64,000 bases of DNA from Eledone cirrhosa (Eukaryota), in contig OZ024746.1 in the NCBI GenBank assembly GCA_964016885.1, positions 37,014,001 to 37,078,000 of the forward strand. The letters are read 5' to 3'. How positions within the stretch are numbered: the first letter of the stretch is position 1; each line of letters begins with the position of its first letter. Of this stretch, positions 55,722 to 64,000 are shown one piece after another. The notes beneath the pieces are model-generated. The model was not told the origin of the DNA. It ran no database searches and saw only the letters and a program-made list of their open reading frames with translations. Position numbers and translations under genes: made by a program.

Positions 55722-56413
55722 GTGCGGGTGTATGTATATATGGGCCTCTATATGTGTGTATGTGTATTTGTGCATACATGAATGTGTTTATGTGCATCTC
55801 ACAGGAATGTGTACGTATTATTATATATAGAGTATATATGCTTTTTATTTTTACTATTATTCTTTTTGTATTACTTTATTTTATATCCTTTGTATATATC
55901 CGTATATGTCTGTATGAATCTGTGTACATGTGTCTGTATGTATATATATATATATATGGGGAGATATATATATATACATGTATATCATATTGTATAATAT
56001 ATTGATATTTTATACCTTATATTTTATATTTTATGTTTTGGTATGTTACCGTTATTTTTATGGTATATTGTGTTTTTTATGGTATAATGTATTTTTAATT
56101 TTTAATTTACGGTTTTGTTTATATATGTATATGTGGAAGCACATGTTTGTGTAGGCAAATATGCATATGTGCAGGTGTATGCATGTGGCAGCACGTGTGC
56201 GTATGCATATGTAGATGTATATATGTCTGTATATGCGTAGGTATATGTATGTATATATGTTGCTGTGCGTATGCATGTTAGGTTGTTTTTTTGTGTATAT
56301 ATGTGCGTGTATGTACGTGTGTTTGTAATTTTGTGTACGTATGTGTATTTTGTATGTATGTGTGGGCATGTGTGAGTATATATATATCTATATGTGTATG
56401 TATGTATATATAT

Positions 56414-56466
<53 letters not shown>

Positions 56467-57629
56467 AATGTGTGTGTATATATATATATATGTCTATGTA
56501 TGTGTGTATGTATATATGCGTGTGTTGAGTGTGTATATTTATATATAAATGCATATAAGGTTGTGTGTATGTATCTATTTATGTGTATGTTTGAGTAGGC
56601 CATGCCTATACCACCGGATACATGGCGCGAATTAAGCAGCCGCTATAAGGCTTGTGGCGATATGTATCTACAAGTGGGTGTGACTGGGTCAGTAGAAATG
56701 AGGGAGATAGGATGTGCGTGTATATATACATATATGTATGTGGGAGTGTGTGTGTATATGTGTGTGTATATCAGTATGTTTACGTGATTACTCTGAAGTG
56801 TGAACAGACGTGTGGGATACTGAACCCAGCCTGACTCCATTGAAATGTGCCGGACGGAAAATCGCTGATGGCCCGCATGGCAGTACATACTGACCATAAC
56901 TTGTGATGATGTGGTGTAAAAACAGCCAATTGTATGTCAAGAGTGGAAGTAGTGTTTTTTGAGGGTGTTTTTTGATGATAACACCCCAGTGATAAAATTT
57001 GCTCCGAACGAAATACCCGTGTCTGAAAGAACCTGCAGCAGTAGAATCAACCAGATCCATACAAGGAACATGTCTCGAGTTACCTGCCGGTGAAACAATT
57101 GTATCACGCAATAAATTAAGTCCAGATGCATCACTGATTTTTCGTTTTCTTTATACCATATACATAGATATATATTCTCAAATTAAATGATCAGTAAGAA
57201 CTATTATTGGAAATCCTGTCAATAAAGTTCACAAGCATAAATAATGCTATCACTGAAATTCGGCCACTAAACCAGAGCGTTTATGACTGCTGACGGATGT
57301 AGATACGGCACCTCCTAAGCTACACCACAAACGTTGAACAACACCTCTCCATCCATATATGTGTGACTCAAAGTTCCTTTTCCTTCATGAATCATTTCTG
57401 ATTCACTTGCTTTCTCAGCTGCCTAAGATTACGTACTCGAAAAATGTTTCATTTTTGTCATCAACAGTCCAATGCCTCTGATCAGTGAATCAACATTTGT
57501 CTCAAAACATCCTATGATTCCAATCTCTATAGGGAGCCATGATGCGTCGTTTCCTCTGCTTTCACAAAACGACAATCCTCGGATGTTCCAAATACGGCCA
57601 AATACGTTTCAAGGGTATGTATGCTGATC

Positions 57630-58130
57630 CCATCTACTTATTGGATGCAAAATACATTGTTTATTAACTACCTTCAAAAGGGCAACATCATCAATGGAGA
57701 TTACAATACCAACTTACTGAGACAGTTACAAATTGCTATCAAGACCAAATCACAGAGAAAATCTGACGAAAGAGGTTTTGTTTCATCAAAACAATGCACT
57801 AGCTAAAATTCTCTTGGTTTTAATGGCTATTGTCCGTTACTGTAATGTTGAAGAGGTTGATCATAATCCCTATTGTCCTGATCTGGTCCCATCTGATTTT
57901 CATCTGTTCCTCAAAAAAACACTTCGTGGGCAAACAGTACCACAGTGATTATGACGTGATGTCTGCTGTTGCTTATTTTTCTGACCAACAGGATGTAAGC
58001 TTCCTCAACTATTGGATGGAGTACGCTTCCTCAATACCGATGGAGTACGATTTTGAAAAAATAAAACTCATTTATTCACTTTCCTTGAGAATATCTTGGT
58101 CACACTATGAACTCTTCAGCAGTCACGCCT
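57630..58130 (+). pseudogene. Mariner (DD34D) transposase relic
   Basis: WDAK..FINYLQKGNIINGDYNTNLLRQL..VLFHQNNA..DHNPYCPDLVPSDFHLF, a decayed YSPDLAPSD motif. Confidence 0.88.
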
Positions 58131-58322
58131 ACATACTCATAAACACACACATATATATATATGAATATCCTATGTGATTCAGTGAAATACTGGTGGTGGT
58201 ATCAGAATTAACTCTAGATGCACAAGGATAGTGTATATATTAAGTAAAACCATTAAATTTCGTTTACATATACATAACTTTTTAGTGTGTATCGTTCGGC
58301 ACTTTAGACAGGTGAAGAAAGA

Positions 58323-58353
<31 letters not shown>

Positions 58354-58455
58354 AATCCCATGATTACTGGTCGCCCCGTTCTCATTACCATATAATCACT
58401 CTCTAACTATGTATCTCTCTCTCTATATATATATATAGAGAGAGAGAGATAGAGA

Positions 58456-60967
58456 GCTACTAGTCAACAATGCTATCCTTGCATATAGTGCACAGAATTC
58501 GCCCGTTGTTTCAAGCTTTCTCATAAAATGACTCCGTAGATATTTCTAAAGCACAACTGCCGAAAACTATCGGATTGTTGAAAGAGGCCGAGATGAGTCA
58601 GGCAGCTTTTATATTGTCCTCCTTGTAATACATCAGCAAATATATTATAAAAAGCTTTCTTCACATATGTGTTACCACCCTTTCAAAAAAAAAACATTTT
58701 ACATTTACATTTGCATATATATATATACTATATATAGAGTTATAAACTCAAACGGTCTTTTACAATTAAATAGCTCAAAGAAAAAAGTGTTTCTGAGCCG
58801 TGAAATATAAGTTAATATAATTTAATATACGATAAACACTAATACAATCATATAAGTGTTTGCATTGCAAATGAGCAAGTTAGCTAGATTGAAAAATACT
58901 AATTAGATTAATACAGTTTGCCTGTCTCGATTTAAAATAATAAATCAATAAAAACAAAACCATATTGGCAATAGCTGTGATATCTGGACAAATTTAAATT
59001 TCAAAACCTAACCCTCTTCCGTAGACAAATTTAAATTTCAAAACCCAAATAAGTTTCGCAACGATAAGTAAAAAAGTGAAAAATTCCATTCTCTGTGCTC
59101 TTCGGCAGGTATCCAGAAAAATTGGTATGTTTCACCGCGAAATACTTAGGAGGACTGATAGGCAAGTGTTAACGGACATGGTTTTTCAGCTCCTAGCTAT
59201 CCCCATACTCGTGCTGCTAGAAATAACGGCCGTTTTTATGGGACTAAAATTTAGCTCAACAAAAGGAGCCGTTAATACTATATATAGAGTTATAAACTCA
59301 AACAGTCTTTTACAATTAAATAGCTCAAAGGAAGAAGTATTTCTGAGCCGTGAAATATAAGTTAATATAAATTAAAATATGATAAACACTAATACAATCA
59401 TATAGGTGTTTGTAATGCAAATGACCAAGTTAGCTAGATTGAAAAATACTAATTAGATTAATACAGTTTACCTGTCTCAATTTAAAATAATACATCAATA
59501 AAAACAAACCCATATTGGCAATAGCCGTGATACCTGGAGAAATTTAAATTTCAAAAACCAAACCTGTTCCGTAGACAAATTTAAATTTCAAAACCCAAAT
59601 AAGTTTCGCAACAATAAGTGAAAAAGTGAAAAATTCCATTCTCTGTTCTCTTCGGCAGGTATCCAGGCAAATTGTATTAGTGATTGTATTAGTGTTTATA
59701 TGATTGTATTAGATTTTATCATATATTACTTTATATTAACTTATATTTCACGGCTCAGAAATACTTCTTTCTTTTAGCTATTTAATTGTAAAATACTGTT
59801 TGAGTTTATAACTCTATATATAGTATTAACGGCTCCTTTTGTTGAGCGAGCTAAATTTTAGTCCCATAAAAACGGCTGTTATTTCTAGCAGCACGAGTAT
59901 GGGGATAGCTAGGAGCTGAAAAACCATGTGCGTTAACACTTGCCTATCAGTCCTCCTAAGTATTAGAGGTGAAACATACCAATTTTTCTGGATACCTGCC
60001 GAGGAGCACAGAGAATGGTATTTTTCACTTTTTCACTTATCGTTGCGAAACTTATTTGGGTTTTGAAATTTAAATTTGTCCAGGTATCACGGCTATTGCC
60101 AATATGGGTTTGTTTTTATTGATTTATTATTTTAAATCGAGACAGGCAAACTGTATTAATCTAATTAGTATTTTTCAATCTAGCTAACTTGCTCATTTGC
60201 AATACAAACACTTATATGATTGTATTAGTGTTTAACATATATTAATTTATATTAACTTATATTATATATATATATATATATATATGTATTTACATGAATA
60301 TATATATATATGCATATATGTATGCACACACACACATATATACATATTTGTATTAATCTCCCAGGTCAGGCGATTAAACAGTTAATTTTGGGGGGCTTTT
60401 TAGTTAATTCTATTGACTGATTAATCGCTTAAGTTTATTTTAAAAACAACTCGGTCGAGTGCTTAAATCGTTTTGTGCTGTTTTTGCAATTTTTTTGCAA
60501 TAATTACACATGCTAAGTTCACTGGCCAAAATATGCGTTTTCTCCCCTTACAACCTCACATGTGCTTTCATAACTGTGAGATTCTGGCCCACGGAGTACA
60601 GAATGCCTGTTGAGAAAGCGATGCTTTGTTCGATCATTATACCAAAAGCTTATTTTTTATAAGCAGACAGTATTATTGATTTAGGTGTTGCAGAAACCCA
60701 ATATCGGAGTAATCCATTCTTCCCCGAGGGTCCAGGTAACTATTTTAATAATATCTTATTTTGTTTGACCCGTTTAGCTTGTTCGCTTTTTTGGCTAAGG
60801 TGGTTAATGGCTTCTTAACCATCGTCTCGGTTTGTATGACCGTTTTAACTTATGTTTATAGCTCTGGTATCCTCATATCCATGGAGCGCTTGTCTGCACA
60901 ATACGGAAGTACCGTTTCGGGAATTTCTACCCAGCGAAATGCGATTCTCGCTAAATTTATATTTATG

Positions 60968-61011
<44 letters not shown>

Positions 61012-61021
61012 GGGGGTGTAT

Positions 61022-61053
<32 letters not shown>

Positions 61054-61341
61054 ACACATATATATGGATATATATCTATATATGCAAATGTAAATGTTAA
61101 ATTATTTTTTTGTGAAAGGGAGGTAACACATATGTGAAGAAAGTTTTTATAATATATTTGCTGATGTATTACAAGGAGGACAATACAACAGCTGCCTGAT
61201 TCATCTCGGCCTTTTTCAACAATACGATAGTTTTCAGCAGTGGTGCTTTATAAATATCTACGGAGTCATTTTATGTGAAAGCTTGAAACAACGGGCGAAT
61301 TCTGTGCACTATATGCAAGGATAGCATTGTTGACTAGTAGC
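58456..61341. repeat. ~260-bp outer inverted repeat (58456-58715 / 61083-61341) enclosing nested insertions
   Basis: GCTACTAGTCAACAATGCTATCC..ACATTTGCA and its reverse complement; both inner ends abut (TA)n. Confidence 0.88.
58726..60262. repeat. 550-bp tandem unit (~1.7 copies) plus inverted arm (~59674-60262) between (TA)n
   Basis: TACTATATATAGAGTTATAAACTC occurs at 58726 and 59276, with the reverse complement near 59800-59825. Confidence 0.9.
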
Positions 61342-61749
61342 CTTTATCAGTTTTATATTAGCCACCTCTCACCCCTTCAGAATCCCCCATTTCTGCTTCC
61401 GTTTATATAGATCAGAAGTGTTCCTCTATCTTCGAGCTGACATCTGTTCCAGCGTATCCCTTTCATTTCCTAGAGGTAACTGGAAAGTTTATATTGCTGG
61501 GTTACGTTTCACCCAGCAACGGAAGAATGTCACATGCTTATTTTATAGATATATTGATAGATATATACATAGATGCATTGGCACCTTGTAGGTATCTCTA
61601 ATATAGATATAGTAAGGATTTGTACAGCACTGTTTCATACCCATGAAATCATACATCAGGTCATTCTTGATGATTGCATACGAGTGCAACTGTTCTATTC
61701 CTATAGAATCCTTTTATATAAATATAATATATATATATATATTTATATA

Positions 61750-61837
<88 letters not shown>

Positions 61838-62014
61838 AATATATATGCAGAGGTTATATTTAATTTGATGGAAATCAACAAGCTTAGAAATGTGTATAAC
61901 TGTAATGAAGCACTCAAAGGCTAGTGGAGTTAATACACAATATATTAATAAATGGAAACTATATATATACATATATGTATATATATAGAAAGAGAGAGAG
62001 AGAGAGAGAGAGAA

Positions 62015-62051
<37 letters not shown>

Positions 62052-62078
62052 TAAAGAGAGAGAGAGAGAGAGAGAGAG

Positions 62079-62142
<64 letters not shown>

Positions 62143-62619
62143 TGTATATATATATACATACACACACACCCTCTCTCTCACACTCAACACATATATTTAT
62201 ATATATTATCTGTATGTGTGTGGGATGTGTGCAAAATATACGTGTAAGTATATAGTCTTGTCTTCAAGTTGCTGACGGCTATTTACTGAAATATAATTCC
62301 AAATTTCGATGTGATTTTCATAACGTTTGTCATATCAACGTGACTGACGTTTATATATTTACTGCTGGTTTTATACAAACACGCATGAAAAATAGAAAAA
62401 AAAAAATCCCTGCACAAATACATACACACATAATCACCAATTTAAACATATTCATGCACGCTCTAAAATAAACCTTGTCACGCGGATCTTAATAGAGACT
62501 AGATAGATTCTTATGAACAAGATAGTCACATGATAGTGGTATATTTAAAAAACAACAACTGTATACACAACATATATATATATATATATATATAAACTTT
62601 ATATATATATATATATATA

Positions 62620-62735
62620 AACTTTAATCTGTTATTTTAATAAATATTTGCTCTACGGTTCTTATATATTTGATATATATTTATACTTATCGAGCTCTCT
62701 TTGAATTTTAGTCTTCAACTTTATTATTATTACTA

Positions 62736-62740
<5 letters not shown>
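62620..62740 (+). mobile_element. Solo Naiad 3' tail (family of 31950-32810)
   Basis: AACTTTAATCTGTTATTTTAATAAATATTTGCTCTACGGTTCTTATAT..TAGTCTTCA, between (TA)n. Confidence 0.8.
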
Positions 62741-62805
<65 letters not shown>

Positions 62806-63399
62806 CGTATTTTATATATATGTATATAATAGATGATACGAACAATGTTGAATGATATTCTATAAAAAAGTAGAATATTCAGTAATATCATGAAACAAAC
62901 ACATAAATTTAAATATACATCCATTAAAAAAAAAAATTCTGGTGGAAATAGTTTACATCTAGAAAGTGAAGACTAGTATAACATGTTAAATAAATTACAT
63001 TAATGCAAACATATTACGCAGTAATGTTTGAATAGAAACCTGAAACTAGACGCATATGTAAAATTAAAACTCTGGCAAAGTTAACAGCAGAATATGATGG
63101 GAAATATATGGTTTTATTTATTTATCTAGAGAGACACTGTTCCATATGTCGTTGTGTTTTCTTATCCGGCACATAAAATAAAACAGTTTACGGGACTCAC
63201 ACCATGACACACACAGTTAATATGACACTATCCAGATAAAAAAAGAAAGCCCAATTGCTTAGATCGGCAAATGAGTAGGGTTGTGCAAGCTTCATTTATA
63301 TTGACGACTCATGACAACATGAAATATTTAACAATGCGTGCCCAGACATACATACTTACCGTGATATACATATTTTGCCGTCTACAGGATTGCTTTCCC

Positions 63400-64000
63400 T
63401 ATACGTATGCTAAATTAAAACCATTCAATGTAGGGAACAGACTTCGCCAAGGCTTCGCACTGTCACCTTTCCTGTTCAATATTCTCTCGAACACGATTCA
63501 CATGCGCAGCTGGCTGAGAAGAAGTGGCTGTGTAATCAATCAGTTGGAGATGGCCGACGATACGATGTACCTTAATACGACAGTAGCTGATCTCCATATT
63601 GCATATTACAAGTTTGATGCCGAGAGCTGCCTGCCTGGCTGGAATGTAAATCATGTTCCGAAAACTAGAATACACGTACACTCAACGAAGACTATGCAGT
63701 GCACTTTGCATATGGATGGTGCTCCACAGACGCAGATGGAAGAGTTCAAATATCTGCGGTTAGTGTTCACAGGTAAAAGAAGATAGGAAGCTTAATTAAG
63801 TGGAAGAATTGCGGGAGCTGGTGCATTAATGCGCTAGCTTCAACATTCCTTAATTAGAAGAAGGGGGTTAGGTCTAGAAGCCGAACTCTCCATCTTCAAT
63901 TTGGGAATTGTATCAAGTCTTATGTGTAGTCATGAATATTTTTGTAATGACAGAAAGTAGGCGATTGCGAATACAAGCGGCCGAGAAAGGGGTTCCTCCT
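63400..64000 (+). mobile_element. RTE-clade LINE RT relic, running off the window
   Basis: FNVGNRLRQGFALSPFLFNI, LEMADD, EEFKYLRLVFT, then RIAGAGALMR..RIQAAE after stops. Confidence 0.85.

Noticed and set aside
58755-58800. Pistol ribozyme suggested by TTAAATAG
   Set aside because: No P1/pseudoknot pairing or conserved GCG/GU elements around it.

Overview
This is AT-rich, microsatellite-dense animal DNA with no confidently identifiable host gene. The SINE family and (TA)n/(TAA)n/(GA)n load resemble an octopod cephalopod genome, which is an inference. Nearly all listed ORFs are microsatellite artefacts. The window is a graveyard of retroelements: Naiad-type Penelope-like element (PLE) fragments, about 10 tRNA-headed Meta-domain-like SINEs, Tx1-like, R4/Dong, RTE and an internally deleted Ingi-like LINE with a 2A-like peptide, plus mariner and maT transposase relics and LTR relics. 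The standout is a near-perfect 310-bp tandem array (24728-27547). Every full unit carries an intact type I hammerhead ribozyme (HHR), nine in total, arranged as two divergent arms between (TA)n tracts, as expected for a young non-LTR retrozyme. A second, unrelated ~420-bp family shares the same HHR architecture. Two further families carry a compensatory U3-A8 hammerhead core. Many insertions share the geometry (TA)n-inverted arms-(TA)n, suggesting a Naiad-driven, TA-targeted ribozyme/retrozyme system. All folding and translation was done by eye, with no database searches.
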